A stretch of DNA of 63,865 nt, filler included, from Reclinomonas americana ATCC 50394 (lineage: Eukaryota): assembly GCA_048213135.1 (NCBI GenBank). It is 16 parts of 16 records of this genome, joined end to end, with 100 filler letters (N's around TTAATTAATTAA, not from the genome) between each part and the next. Parts side by side here need not be neighbours in the genome. Positions count along the whole stretch, not along the records: positions 23,112 to 31,959 come from AFZH01017483.1; positions 32,060 to 39,707 come from AFZH01017485.1; positions 39,808 to 45,693 come from AFZH01017486.1; 13 more parts are not named here. One strand, written 5' to 3'. Below, in pieces: positions 30,503 through 43,490 of this stretch. The position numbers were made by a program, and so were the translations under genes. Position 1 is the first letter of the stretch. Every line of letters begins with the position of its first letter. The notes under the pieces are model-generated. The model searched no databases. It was not told the DNA's origin and saw only the letters and a list, made by a program, of their open reading frames with translations.

Positions 30503-31959
30503 TGTCGGACCTTTTGTTCAAGGCCAAGAACCTCATGACCAAGCTGTTGCGTGATTATCCGCCCAGGTCTTGTGCTGAGTGATGCAAACTCACTTGTTCT
30601 GCCTGTGTGCCTTTCTTCTGTGCGCGCGTGCAGCAAGAACAAGGTCATGAACGTGTCGCCAGTCGAGGCTCTCACTCTGGAAGGTCAGTGTGCACGCTGG
30701 CGTCTGTGAGAGTAGTGAGATCTACTTTTGTGCGCGTCTGCACGTGTGTGCTCGTATTCAACTCCACTCTCTCTCTCTTGTGCACGCGTGTGTGTCTGTC
30801 TGGCGCACTGTTGATGCTCACTGTGTTTGTGTGTGTGTGTGTGTGTTTGCGCAGCCACGAACAACGATACGTGGGGAGCGTCGGGCACTCAGCAGCAGGA
30901 GATTGCCGAGGCCACCAATGATCGGTGAGTGTAAGTGTGTGAGAGCGAGAGAGGGAGGGGCAGGCACGTGCGATGAGGTTGTGTGTGCGCGAGTGAGTGT
31001 GTGTGAGGGTGTGATGTCGCCATGTCGTTCGATAGCAAGTTTGTTTGTGCGTGTGTATGTGCGTATGTGTGTTTGTGTGTGTATGTGGCACTTGTGTGCG
31101 TGCGTGTGCGTTTGTTTTGCGCTGTCTGTCTGTGTGCGTGTGTGTGATGCATCATGGAGTTTCCCGCCTGTGTGCGTGCGTCACTGTTTTTTTGTTTGCT
31201 GTATGGTGTCTCTTCTCCTCCGCGACGGTACACTTTGTGCTCTTGTGTGTGTCTCTCTCTGTGTGCGATTGTGTTTATGCGTGTGTGTGTGTTTACGTGG
31301 GCGCGCGCGCGTGTGCACATGGCGCGTTTTGAGCGAATCTGAAGCACGCACTCCCGCGCGCCCTTCTCTCTCTCTCGTGGTTGTTGCGCTCACTCTCTGC
31401 TGTGTGTGTGTTGCGCAGTGAGCAATTGCAGGCGGTCATGGCGATCATCTTCAAGGTTTGTGTGATGGTGAATCAATCATGCAGCGCTTCTGTGTCTCAT
31501 CGCATGCGTCTTCGCAGCGACTGGATGACTCTGGCAAGAAGTGGCGCCATGTTTACAAGGGTGAGCCTCTCTCTTTATCTCTCTCTCTCTCTCTTCTCTC
31601 CGTCTCTTTCCCCTCTTCTGATCGTCGCGCTTGCTTCAGCCATGAGCCTGCTCGAGTACTTGATCAAGCACGGATCGGAGCGCTGCGTCGACTATGCTCG
31701 CGATCAGGTGCGCGCGCGCACGCCGAGTGCTTCACCTCCTCCTCGTCGTCTCTCACTTCCGTCTCCCCACTCAGCTGTACAAGATCCGCACGCTGCACGA
31801 CTTCCAGTACATTGACGAGACCGGCAAGGACGAGGGCATCAATGGTTTGTTCACATCCGCTCCCCTCATTGTGACACGCCGTTCTCAACGTGGTGCACAG
31901 TCCGCGAAAAGTCCAAGAAGCTGGTCAAGCTGCTGAACGACACCGACGCCATTCGTGAT
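30503..31959 (+). CDS. ENTH-domain protein (epsin/CLINT1-like), 3' partial
   Basis: Spliced: [84 protein letters not shown]. Start codon not located with certainty. Confidence 0.92.
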
Positions 31960-32213
31960 NNNNNNNNNNNNNNNNNNNNNNNNNNNNNNNNNNNNNNNNN
32001 NNNTTAATTAATTAANNNNNNNNNNNNNNNNNNNNNNNNNNNNNNNNNNNNNNNNNNNNCCTCCTTCTCCTCCTCCTCCTCCGCCTCCTCCACCACCACA
32101 ACCGCTTGTGTGGATCCCTGTGACGCCCTCTGTTGAGGAGAGCCAGCTGGTCAAGTTGCGGTGGAGAGTCATGCATGCATGCCTGCAGTTGTCATGATTC
32201 TCTTATGAAAAAG

Positions 32214-34915
32214 CGACTGCAGAACTGCACGCGCGCTTCTCGTGGAGTCCGCCAAGAGTGGTCGTCGTCTGGCGCCACTGGAGGTCGCCAATGTGGCCAA
32301 TGAGCTGTGGATTGAGGGCGATGGGCACTTGCAGCGCGGTCGTTTGCGAGTTGCGTCGTGCAATGAAATCAATCACCGAGTCGTGGTGCGTCTGACGCTG
32401 TTTGGGCGTGCAGCCCGGGCGCGAGTGCTACCTGCTGGCGCAGGAGTTTGTACCGATGCATGTGAATTCGCTCTTCCGACTCGGCATGATTGAGCAGGAG
32501 AATAAGCGCTACGACGAGGCGCTTCTCATCTACCGCAAGTGTCTGCCGTCGCTGGCCGAGTCGTTTCCCGAAATCCATCAACGGTGCGTTTCCCCGTTTT
32601 CTTTTCCTTTACTTGCTCGAACAGTTGCCCACCTTTGTTGCCGTGCAGAATGGGTCGCTGCTTGCTGGCCAAGGGCGACGTCTCTGGCGCACTGGAATGC
32701 ATTGCGCGTTTCTCCGAGGCCGGCAGCAAGGCCAAGGATCCGCAAATGATCCGCGATGGTGCACTCGACACGGCCGCGGCGTTTCTCGAGGGCGGTCGTG
32801 TCGGCGAGGCCTTTTCGGTGTACGCCGCCATTCTGCAGAGTGACGAGACGGTGGTGCCGGCGCTGCTCGGACACAGTCGGTGCATGGAGGCCACGGGCGA
32901 CATGGCTGAGGCGCTGAAGAGCTCACTGCGTGCATTGCTTTCGCGACAGAGTTGCGAACGTGGCATGTCACAGAGAATGAGTTGTAGTCTCTGAAAGGTG
33001 CTGACGCCATGTGCGCGTCACGCAGACGATCGGGAAGTCCGCGCACGATTTGCTCACCTTTCGCGGTACCGCGACGCGCTCGACTCAATCATCGAGGGTA
33101 TGGGCTCCGGCTCGGCGGGCAGCTGCCAGGCGCTCTCGTTTCTTGCCAATGTCGCCAAGGACGGTGGCAGTTACGTTGTTGCGATGCGAGATGTCGTGTT
33201 GCGTGCAATTCGTCACATCGTGGTGCGGCAGGGATCGACGAGTCCCTCTATTTGTATCAGCGCGCTCTGGACTCGAAACCCGACTCGTCCAGCTCGGCTC
33301 TGAGTCTCATTCACGTGTACGAGGTACGTATGACGCACATGGGCCTTTCTTGTTACACTTCTCACCACAACGCGGGCTGCAGATTCGCAACGAGTACCAG
33401 GAGGCTGTGGATGCGGCGCTGTCGTTCTGTGAAAGAAATGCAGCGCTCACCGTCGGTTCCTTTTTCAACGCGCAGCGGATTGCCGAGGTTTTTTTGTCTT
33501 GCACTGTCTCTTCCTGCAAGACCGCTTTGTCTCACGCATGGGCGTTGGCAGATCCTGCGCGACTGCGGAGAGCTGCCTGTAGACCCGCTGCGCGAGGCCA
33601 CCGAATTCGAGCGCACTCACTCGGCAACCTGGGATGCTGGCATCAAGTGCTGCCGCGTGTTTGCGCACGACAAGGAGGGAAATGGTATGTCCACGCACAA
33701 AAGCACACTGCATGTTTAACTCGACGAGGCTCACTCTTTTTCACACATTGTGTCATGCAGACCGTCGCGAAGTGACCGACTTTACTGGCTTGAGTGACTC
33801 GCCCGAGCCGGCGTTTTCGGAGGCCGAGTTGGACTTGCTCGGCATTTGTTTCACTCTCTGCAAGATTGCATACGTGAAGGGCAATCTGGAGCTTGCGGCC
33901 CGACTTGTGCCCATGATTGGTTGGTTGTGACTGGTGTTTTCTTGTCGCCGATATACCTTGATCGCTGATTTCGGCTGTGTCGCAGAGCGCGCACGATGGG
34001 GTCGCGCACTTCACCTCACTCTCATGCGCAACGAGAACGCGTATTATTGCACACAAGCACAGTTGTTGGAGACGGCATTCGCGGCTATCCGACAGCCGGC
34101 GGAGCGAGCCATCTATGTTTGTGGTGTGTGCGCATGTGTTGTCGAGCTCTGTATTCCTGCGTGTGTACCGTGCTGACAGCGCGTTGCAGGCGACTCGCAC
34201 TGCATGTCGGCGGCATGGCAGGTGATCACGGTGCATGGCACTCGGTACCGCCTGATACCAAAGCTGGTGACTGGCCTCAAGAACTGGCATTTGCGGCCCG
34301 ACACCGAATTCTACCCCAAGAAGAACTTTTACCATGTCGTCTCGTCGAGTTGCGTTGGCTTTTCGCTGCTTGTATGCCATGTTCTTGTGTCTGACGGCTC
34401 CCTCTCTCTCCCTCCCTCCTTCCCCACGCGCAGTTCCGCGCGGCGCGGTGGTGATTTTCAATTTCGGCGAGATCGACTGCCGTGAGGGCATTCTGACGAG
34501 CATCGACAAGTGCCGCTACGAAACTGCGGAGGAGGCCATTGCGGCCACCATGACGCACTACATCCGCGCACTCGAAGAGGTGCAGCGCGAGCGCGACCTG
34601 CAAGTGTACGTCCACCCCGTGGTTCCGGTGCTGAACGAGACTCGGTGCGTCGCAAGGCAGCATTCGCCCCCTCTGTATACTCACTCACTCGCTCCGTGCA
34701 GGCACGTGGTGCGGCTATACAACACCATCTTGCGCGACGTAATCGGCGCCCACCCTCGATTCAAACTGCTGGACTTTTTCGACGCACTCCTCGACGGCGC
34801 TCACGGATTCAATCGCGAGTACGAACTCGACGGCACGCACATGAGCCCGCGATACGTGTCCCTGATCGAACGAGCGCTCACATTGCTCTTCTTCCCCGAC
34901 GGACCGTCAACATGA
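32214..34915 (+). CDS. TPR-repeat protein with a C-terminal SGNH/GDSL-like hydrolase domain (5' partial)
   Basis: TPR helices LFRLGMIEQENKRYDEALLIYRKCL and IDESLYLYQRALDSKP; GDSH, TGLK, FNFGEIDCREG and DGTH blocks. Confidence 0.78.
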
Positions 34916-35044
34916 ACGAATGCCAATAACACCCGTCACACACAAACACAAACAAAAGTAATTCTTTCGCTCCATTTTTTCACGTTCCAATTTTCTCCGC
35001 TCTCGTTATCCTGCACAGCATCCCACTTTCCGGGTCGCGAAAGG

Positions 35045-37792
35045 CTACCGCCGCTGCCAGTCCTGCAAGACAAACAAATTAGGAGTGAGTAAACAAAGGA
35101 ACAGAAATGGTGGCGCGGGATCCGCGCGCACCTTGCCACTGGACGACGGCGCCGACGACTCCCACCGGCGACCGTACCCGGGTTCCGTAGGCGGCGGAGT
35201 CGCAGGTGGCTGTGGCGACGATTCAGGCTGCTGTTGTTGCAAAGCTGGTGCCGCATCGCCTCCGGCCACAGGGGAAGACCCACGCCCACCGACATTGTAG
35301 GTCGGCGATGGTCGGCCACTTGCGGCATACGTCGGCGAGGAGCGATGATGGTAGTGCACCGGTGACCGTCTCGGTGAAACTGGTCGTCGCGGCGGCGATC
35401 GGTCTCGATAGTATCGTGCACGGTCACCACCGCCGCCGTGATAGCCGCCATATCCACCACCACCACCCCCGCGTGAGTGTTGCGGCGGCGGTGGTGAATT
35501 ACTGCGCCACGCAGCCGCAGACGGGGGCGCCGACGGGGGTGCAGAAAGCGGCGGCTGTGGAGGCGGCGGCGGTGGCGGCGAGTGCGACCTCTCCGAAGCG
35601 CGCCAGTTACCGTGACGACGAGGCGGAGACGCATGCGACGACACTGGAGCAGCAGCGTCCACCATTGAGGACGCTCCTCCTCCATACGAAGCACCGTAAG
35701 CTGGCACTGCAGCGGCCGGACTACCACCCGCGAACCGCGGCGCTCGCCGAATCGTCGGCAATCCCAGCGAATCCTCTCCGCCAGGAGCCACAGACGACGA
35801 TGCAGACACGGACGTCAACGGTGCATTTCCACGTGAGTAATCCGCGCTGCTCCCTCCACCGCCGTTCCCTCCCGACCAGCCAGAATGCACCGGCGGAGCG
35901 TGGTGATGTGCGGGGTGCGGCGCCGCAGCACCTGGTGCAGCTGGCGGCGGGTATCGATGGTGTGCATCGCCACCCTCCCAACCACCCCATTCTCTCCTGC
36001 TCTCGCCACCAGCCACCGGTCCAGGTGCATCGTGACGCCACGCTGGCGGCGGCCCACCAGGCGGTGGAGCAGCCGGACCCGATGGTGGGGGTCGATCGCG
36101 CGACCACGCATTGGCTGGACGATCCGACCTGTCGTATCGATCACGCCCCTGTCGAAAAGAAAAGGAGTGGGTGGTGAGACGCGTGCTGCAGAAGCACCCC
36201 TCACAGAATGAAGAACGAAACAAATGATCCGTGTGCGGGTGGCGGTGGACTGTGCGATCGAGGCGGACTGTAACTCATGCCGCCGCCGTGGTACGGTGGA
36301 GGTGGTGCGTCGGACTACAAAGAAAAGGGCAAAGTTGGTCAGCAGGCGCACCATCCCTTGACAGAATCTCCGATCACGCACCCATCCAGCGGCAGAGGGC
36401 GGCATTGCCGGCTGCAACGGAGGCGTCAGCTGTGGTGGTGGCGGCGCATACGGCCGGCCTCCACGAGCCGCCGAAGGTGGTGGCCCTTGCGACGACATGG
36501 AGCGCGGGTCGCCATACGGTGACGAGGCCATCCCAGATGCGGCTCCACTGCCACCGCCAGACCATGACTGTTCACCCTGTGGCGCAGCGTACGGAGGACG
36601 AGCTGACATTGGTGGTGGAACTGGCCCTGCTGGCGGTGCGGCGGGCGCCGACGACGCGGTGAGTGACGAAGACGATGTGTGGCGGCGAATGTCGGGTAGC
36701 CGATGAATCTCCGGCAGCGGTGATTCTTCATAGGACCCTTGCGCAGGTTGTTGTTGTTGTTGTTGCTGCTGTTGAGAAGCAGCATGGTGCGACGGGATCA
36801 GTCGGAATGGTGCGGGTGGATGCGCAACCGGTGGCGGCGCCGATTGTGTTGGGGTGGAGATTGTCTGTTTTGTGTGTGTTAGCATGAGAGTGAGAAGGGA
36901 GGACTAGAGGCACCAACAGCAGACCTCGTTTGGCGTCGACGCGCTCTTGCCAGACTCTGTGTGGCCGCACCGCATGGTCAGCTACTGATAGAAGATCGGA
37001 GGACTGACAAACGAACAACTCGCCTGCACCTCCCTCCAGCGACGTCCGCGGCAGATTGCTGCACGACGATGACGACGACGAGATGAGATGAGATGAGACG
37101 CATCAACACACACGGTGAGCCGGCAACAACCCACTCACCGCTTGATGACATAATCCGACACCGTGCCACTGCTGCCAGTCGGCGTTCCAGCCGTGCCCAA
37201 CAGCACCACATCCAAAGCGGTACCGTAGCCTGTCAGCTTGGCGCCACTTTCTTGCACAATCATGCTCAAACTGCGACGCATCCAATCAGCTGCCGGCTCA
37301 CTGTACTTTTTCGCCTCGTGCGTCTCACCTGCGACTCAAGCCATCCGCCGGATTCAGCCCCGACGCAGAAGTCTCGGTCTCCTCATTCGCCAGGTACTCC
37401 AACCCTTTTTCGCACACTGCCTCGCGTGCCTCAACTTCCGAGCTGTAGCTGTAGGGCAGCTGTATCGATCCACCACCACCCGTGTTGTTCAGGCCACACA
37501 CACACCCTCGTCGTGCGAAGCGACGATACGACACAAACCTTGATCTGATAAAATGTCTTGTGAGGGAACGTGACGCTGGCTGTGTAGCCACCAACCACCT
37601 GCATCGTTTGTATATGCGGCTGCTTCACATTCAATGCACGACAGCGTTCCAACAGCTGATGCTGTTTCGAGGCTGTGATGACTCCCTTGCTCGCGCTGCA
37701 CACGAAGAAAGTGGTTGAGTGAGAAGGAGAGCGAGGGGGAAGGGAGAAAGGAGGGAAAGGGAGAAAGAAGAGAGAGAGGATGGGCAATGAGG

Positions 37793-37832
<40 letters not shown>

Positions 37833-40487
37833 GAGGAGGAGGAGGAGGAGGACGACGAGTAGGGAGGGAGGACGAAAGCATTTGCGCGAGTGCGTGAGAG
37901 ACAGAGAGGAAAAGGGAGGGAGGGAGAGAGAGAGGTAGAGAAAAAACAACGCGAGAGAGGAATCATACCCAACGCACCCGAATGCGGCGGCCGGCGCAGC
38001 AGTCACGGGCGAGCCCGGCACATCACCAGTGACGCGCTTCTTGCGGAATTCCGAGAATGACATGGGAGTGGTGGCCCCGGAGGCGGCAGCGACAGCCGCA
38101 GAAGCGCCTGCAGTGGGTGTCGGCAGCGCGTCGCTCTGCTCGTCCTTCATTATAACATCCAGTGGCGGCAGTGGCGGCAAGCCAGAAACCTCTGGTTTCT
38201 GGGCCAGATACGAGCCCAACATGCGCTTCTTCGGCGCACAAGGCGAGCTCCTGGCGAACGGCACATGAGACATGAGCGCCACAAACAAAACAGAAAGAGC
38301 GCACACACATACGACGGCGCGCAGCGCAACTCTTGGAAGCTCTGCAGCAGGTAGGCCTTCTTGCTGACAAAGCTGGGTGCAGCTGACGATGCTGCAGCAG
38401 ACGCAGCGGAGGCAGCAGCAGCGGCAGCGGCGGCCGCACCGGCACTGTCTCCACTTCCGGCCGATTGCACAGGAGTAGTGACAGCATGCGCTTGCGTGGC
38501 GACACCGTTGCCTTCAGCAGCAGCAGCAGAGGAAGCGGTGCCCGAATTACTGGACTTGCGATCCGATGCGGCCGTCTCCGACGACGCGCCTGTCTTGCCC
38601 TTCTTGCCACCTTTGCCCTTCTTGCCTGTCGCCTTGGAGACACTCGATTCAGCGGTAGCAGCGGGTGCTGGAGCGACAACTGCAGGCGGTAATGCAGCGG
38701 CAGTGGCGGCAGCGGCAGCGGCGGCAGCAGCAGCAGCAGCTTTCTTGCCCATTTTGCCGACGGAACGCGGCTTTGCATCCTCGTCCACCGCCACGTGCTT
38801 CATGTCCGCAATGCCCTTGCCTGCATAACATACACACGCGCGCATTAGTGATGTGCAAGTGGAGTACTGTAGCGTCAAGCGCCAAACCCTTCTTGCCGCC
38901 AGCAGCCGCAGTGGTCGGAGGTGCTGCTGTGGTGGTTACTGACGGTGTCGGTGTTGCTGTTGTTGTTGTTGTTGTTGTTGTTGTTGCTGTCGTCGTGGTT
39001 GTAGAAGTCGATGATAAAGATGACGGTGGTCGAGCGTCTGTTGGACCACCACGGCCAGCCATTGCGCCCCTGCCCACCGCGCTGCTGCCACCGCCACGTT
39101 TGGCCAGTGCACCACGCGCACCTCGTCCCCCACCGCGACCAGCAGCAGCAGCAGCAGAACTCTGTATTGCCGCGACGCAACATGTCAGCACGTGACACAC
39201 AAGCGAGAAGAGGAAGAGAGCAGGATCACGCACCGCATCCTCCTTGCTGCTCTTCTTGGGCTCCACCGTTGCCTCCTTGCTCTTGGCGCCGTCGCTCGCC
39301 GTCTTGGGCGCACTGCTGGCATCGCCCTTCTTACTCTTCTCAGGCACAGCAGCTCCCTTGGTCTTCTTCGCAGCATCCTTCTTCGCCTGCTTCTTCTTCT
39401 GCTCCTTCTCCTCCTCCTCTTCTTCATCCTCGTCATCATCCTCATCCTCGTCATCCTCGTCGCCACTCGACGAGCTCTCCGTCACGTACGTGAATCCTTT
39501 CGGCGTTGGCTTCTTGGTCTTCGGCGGAGTCACCTTCTTGCCACCACCACTGCTGCTGGTGCCCGACGCCGACAACTTGCGCTATTGTGCACACCAAAAA
39601 AGATGGATTCCATCACAAATCAATCAATGATTGATGATCACAATGCACACCACAATGAACACACAAAACAAGCAGCAGACACACAGCTGCACAAGCGCGC
39701 GCTCCGCNNNNNNNNNNNNNNNNNNNNNNNNNNNNNNNNNNNNNNNNNNNNTTAATTAATTAANNNNNNNNNNNNNNNNNNNNNNNNNNNNNNNNNNNNN
39801 NNNNNNNTCCTCTTTCATCTCCTTCTCCTCCTCCTCAGGCTCCACTTCCTCCTTCATCTCCACATCTTGCTGCTGCTGCTGCTGCTGCTGCGGAGGCGGC
39901 GGTGACGGCTCTGTTGCTGCAGCTTGAGCTGGTGGCGGTGACGATGGTGGTGGTGGTAGTGGTGATGATGGCGCAGGCAATGGTGACGAGGGTGGTGGTA
40001 TAGAGGAGGCCTCCATTGACGATGCAGTTGGCGGAGTTGCAGGTTGTTGTTGTTGTTGAGGTGGTGGAGGTGGTGGTGGTGACGATGGAGACGACGGCGG
40101 CGGTGGTTGTGGCGGGGAAGGCGGTGGCGACGACCGCGGCTCCTCTGCAGAGGAGGAGCCGGCGGTGTTACCGTCCACGGCCGCCTGAATCGTCAGCAGA
40201 TGCGGACAACTCCACTTGTCATCCTCGTCCTCCTCGTGCTCTTCCTCCTCTTCCTCATCCTCTAGCTGCACGAGCATTGGTGGCCACCATCTCTGCGGCG
40301 AGTGGCTACATGCGTCCTCCAGGGCGACCGCGCACATGGCCGCTGCGCGATGATCACGCGGCATTGCATACGGCGACAGTGACAGTGCTTGCAGCGAGCA
40401 CGGCATCACCACACGTCCGCGCGTCTCTCGCAAACACCGCACATAGTCGGCCACACTGGGCGGCGGCACACCGTCAGCGCGAGACAT
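35045..40487 (-). CDS. Long low-complexity (Pro/Ala/Gln/acidic/RGG) protein with one dsRBD-like domain; may be more than one gene
   Basis: Chain of GT-AG exons. Spliced segment at about 37390-37675, SKQHQLLERCRALNVKQPHIQTMQVVGGYTASVTFP..YSSEVEAREAVCEKGLEYL, fits the alpha-beta-beta-beta-alpha DSRM pattern; RS/RD-rich C-terminus. Confidence 0.55.
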
Positions 40488-40609
40488 GGTGTGCGCACGC
40501 GTGCGTGGAGTGTGCGTGTGTGCGTGTGTTTGCGCGCGCTCGCGATGATGAATGGACAGATTTTGTGAGGGACACGGGACGATGATGGGACCTCACGAAT
40601 CTTTCCACG

Positions 40610-41668
40610 ATGTCGCGCAAGTGTCTGCTTGGCCACACTGGCGTCGTGTACTCTGTCGCCATCACTCCCGACGGTCAACACGTTGTGAGTGGTGGTGGCG
40701 ACAGCACTGTGCGTGTGTGGTCGCTGGCGAGTGGCAAGGAGGTGCGACGTTTGGAGGGGCACACTGGCGTCGTGTACTCTGTCGCTGTCACTTCCGACGG
40801 CCGGCACATTGTGAGTGGTGGTGCCGGCGGCGAAGTGCGTGTGTGGTCACTGGCGAGTGGAGAGGAGGTGCGACGAATGAGCGCGCGTGTGAGTTGGGTG
40901 TTGTCTGTTGCAGTCTCCCGGGATTGCCAGCATGTTGTGAGTGGCGGCTCTGATGCGACTGTGAGAGTTTGGTCACTGGCTAGTGGTGAGGAAGTGTGGC
41001 GGTTTGAGGGGCACGATGGGATGGTGCGCGCTGTTGCCGTAACCCCCGATGATCAGCACGTCGTGAGTGGTGGCTTTGATGAAACAGTGCGGCTGTGGTC
41101 GCTGGTGAGTGGCCAAGAAGTACGGCGATTTGACGGTCACGTGCATACTGCAGACGTGTATTCTGTCGCTGCCACTCCCGATGGTCAACACATTGTGAGC
41201 GGTGGTGACGACAGCATCGTGCGAATGTGGTCGCTGGCGAGTGGAGAAGAAGTGCGGCGATTGAAGGGCCATAGTGATTCAGTTGTGAGCGTTGCTGTCA
41301 CTCCCGACGGTCGGCACGTTGTGAGTGGCAGTGATGATACGTCTGTGCGGGTGTGGTTGCTGGCGAGTGGCACGGAAGTTCGACGGCTGACGGGGCACAC
41401 TGCCGGAGTGTTCTCTGTCGCTGTCTCCCCCAATGGACAGTGCGTTGTGAGTGGGAGTGTAGACAAGAGCGTGCGAGTGTGGTCCACGCCGTATGGCCTC
41501 GCTCGGCAGGAGCTGGAGTGTGCGAGTGAGGCCATGCGCGTGTTGCAGCAGGAGGAGGAGGAGCCGGATCGGCGTTGCTTGGTGGAAATTGTGCTGCGAT
41601 GCTTCTTGGTGGAGGATGCCGAGGTGGTTGTGCATCGGTGCTTGGTGGACGACGACCTCTGGTTGTGA
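40610..41668 (+). CDS. Array WD40 protein copy A (7 blades + conserved tail), intronless
   Basis: Seven ~42-aa repeats GHxxxVxSVAVTPDGxHIVSGxxDxTVRVWS; tail YGLARQELEC...HRCLVDDDLWL. Confidence 0.92.
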   Translation: MSRKCLLGHTGVVYSVAITPDGQHVVSGGGDSTVRVWSLASGKEVRRLEGHTGVVYSVAVTSDGRHIVSGGAGGEVRVWSLASGEEVRRMSARVSWVLSVAVSRDCQHVVSGGSDATVRVWSLASGEEVWRFEGHDGMVRAVAVTPDDQHVVSGGFDETVRLWSLVSGQEVRRFDGHVHTADVYSVAATPDGQHIVSGGDDSIVRMWSLASGEEVRRLKGHSDSVVSVAVTPDGRHVVSGSDDTSVRVWLLASGTEVRRLTGHTAGVFSVAVSPNGQCVVSGSVDKSVRVWSTPYGLARQELECASEAMRVLQQEEEEPDRRCLVEIVLRCFLVEDAEVVVHRCLVDDDLWL

Positions 41669-41911
41669 AAAGGCGACGTTGATACTGCAGCGTTTCTCCA
41701 TGGTTTCTTCTCTTCGTGTGTCGGTAAAGGGGATTCTGTGTCAACATTGTCTTTGTGCACAAGTAAATGGTGTGTGCAGTGCTTGCTCATTGTTTTCTTG
41801 GCGTTGAAGTTCTGACTGATGTCCTCGAGGACGCATCGAGAATCCACGACATCTTCCCTCTACTGTACTCTCGTGACCACAGCACCTCACTCTCTCCACT
41901 CCCATTATATC

Positions 41912-42997
41912 ATGTCTTCTGCTGCCGCTGCGTCTTCTTCTCTCCCACACAAGTGTCTCCTTGGACACACTAGTGCGGTGTTTTGCGTTGCCGTCACTCC
42001 GGATGGTCAACACATTGTGAGTGGCGGTCTCGACAAGACTGTGCGTGTGTGGTCGCTGGCGAGTGGCAAGGAGGTGCGACGGTTGAAGGGCCACACTGAC
42101 TTCGTGTACTCTGTCACTGTCACTCCCAATGGTCAACACATCGTGAGTGGTAGTGGCGACAGCACTGTACGTGTGTGGTCACTGTTGATTGGCGAGGAGT
42201 TGCAGCGCATTGAGGGACACTCATGGTTGGTGCTGACTGTTGCTGTTACTCGCGATGGGCAGCACATCGTGAGTGGCGGCGCAGACAAAACTGTACGAGT
42301 ATGGTCACTGGTGAGTGGCAAGGAAGTGTGGCGACTGGAGGGACACACTGACGTGGTGCGTTCTGTCGCCGTAACCCCCGATGATCAGCACGTTGTGAGT
42401 GGTGGTTGCGACAGAACAGTGCGTGTATGGTCCATGGCGAGTGACCAAGAAGTGCGGCGTTTGGACGGGCACACCTCGTGGGTGTTCTCTGTCGCCGTCA
42501 CTCCCGATGGTCAACACATCGTGAGTGGTGGTGCCGACAGCACCGTGCGAGTGTGGTCGCTGGCGAGTGGAGAAGAAGTGCGGCGACTGGAGGGCCATAC
42601 TAATTGGGTGCAATCCGTTGCTGTCACTCCCGATGGCCGGCATGCTGTGAGTGGGAGCAAGGACAATACAGTGCGTGTGTGGTCGCTGGCAAGTGGCAAG
42701 GAAGTGCGACGGTTGGAGGAGCACACTGCTGGAGTGATCGCTGTCGCCATCTCCCCCGATAGCCAGCACATCGTGTGTGGGACACTCAGTGGCACTGTGT
42801 TTTTGTGGTCCTCGCCGTGCGGCCTCGCTCGGCAGGAGCTGGAGTGTGCACGAGCGGCCTTGCGCTCGCTGCAGGAGATGCAACGGGAGGAGGATGAGGA
42901 GCCAGATCGGCGTTGCTTGGTGGAAATCGTGCTGCGGTGCTTCTTGGTGGAGGATGCCGAGGTGGTCATCCATCGGTGTGGCGACCTCAGGTTGTGA
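41912..42997 (+). CDS. Array WD40 protein copy B (7 blades, tail end shortened)
   Basis: Starts MSSAAAASSSLPHKCLLGH; 7 repeats; ends HRCGDLRL. Confidence 0.92.
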   Translation: MSSAAAASSSLPHKCLLGHTSAVFCVAVTPDGQHIVSGGLDKTVRVWSLASGKEVRRLKGHTDFVYSVTVTPNGQHIVSGSGDSTVRVWSLLIGEELQRIEGHSWLVLTVAVTRDGQHIVSGGADKTVRVWSLVSGKEVWRLEGHTDVVRSVAVTPDDQHVVSGGCDRTVRVWSMASDQEVRRLDGHTSWVFSVAVTPDGQHIVSGGADSTVRVWSLASGEEVRRLEGHTNWVQSVAVTPDGRHAVSGSKDNTVRVWSLASGKEVRRLEEHTAGVIAVAISPDSQHIVCGTLSGTVFLWSSPCGLARQELECARAALRSLQEMQREEDEEPDRRCLVEIVLRCFLVEDAEVVIHRCGDLRL

Positions 42998-43232
42998 AAT
43001 AGGCGCCAGGCGATTCTGTTTCACTTTTTTGTTTCTTCTTTTTCGTGCGTTGGGCAAGGGCGTGCTTGATTTGTCCTCGGACATTCTGTTCCCGCCGTCG
43101 TCGTCAGAGCTCGGTCCGTCCTCACTCTCCACCTCATGTCTTCCGCCGCCGTACGAGCTCGTATGCAACAGAGGCAGTCCCCTCGTCCAGCGATCAAAAC
43201 CTCGCACTTCGCTCTCACTACATAAGCGAAGG

Positions 43233-43430
43233 ATGCTCCTCTCTCTCACCCGACCCATCTTCTATGGTATGTCAACACGCCAGTCTCTCACTTTCCTCTG
43301 TCATCCCTGTCCTCACATCTTCATGTGCGCAGGCGCAGGGGCGAAGCACTGCTCTCCTCCTCCTCCTCCACGCACTCTTGTTCTGAGGTGAGTCTCAAAC
43401 ATGACTTGCTTATACGCATGTTGTGAGGAG

Positions 43431-43490
<60 letters not shown>

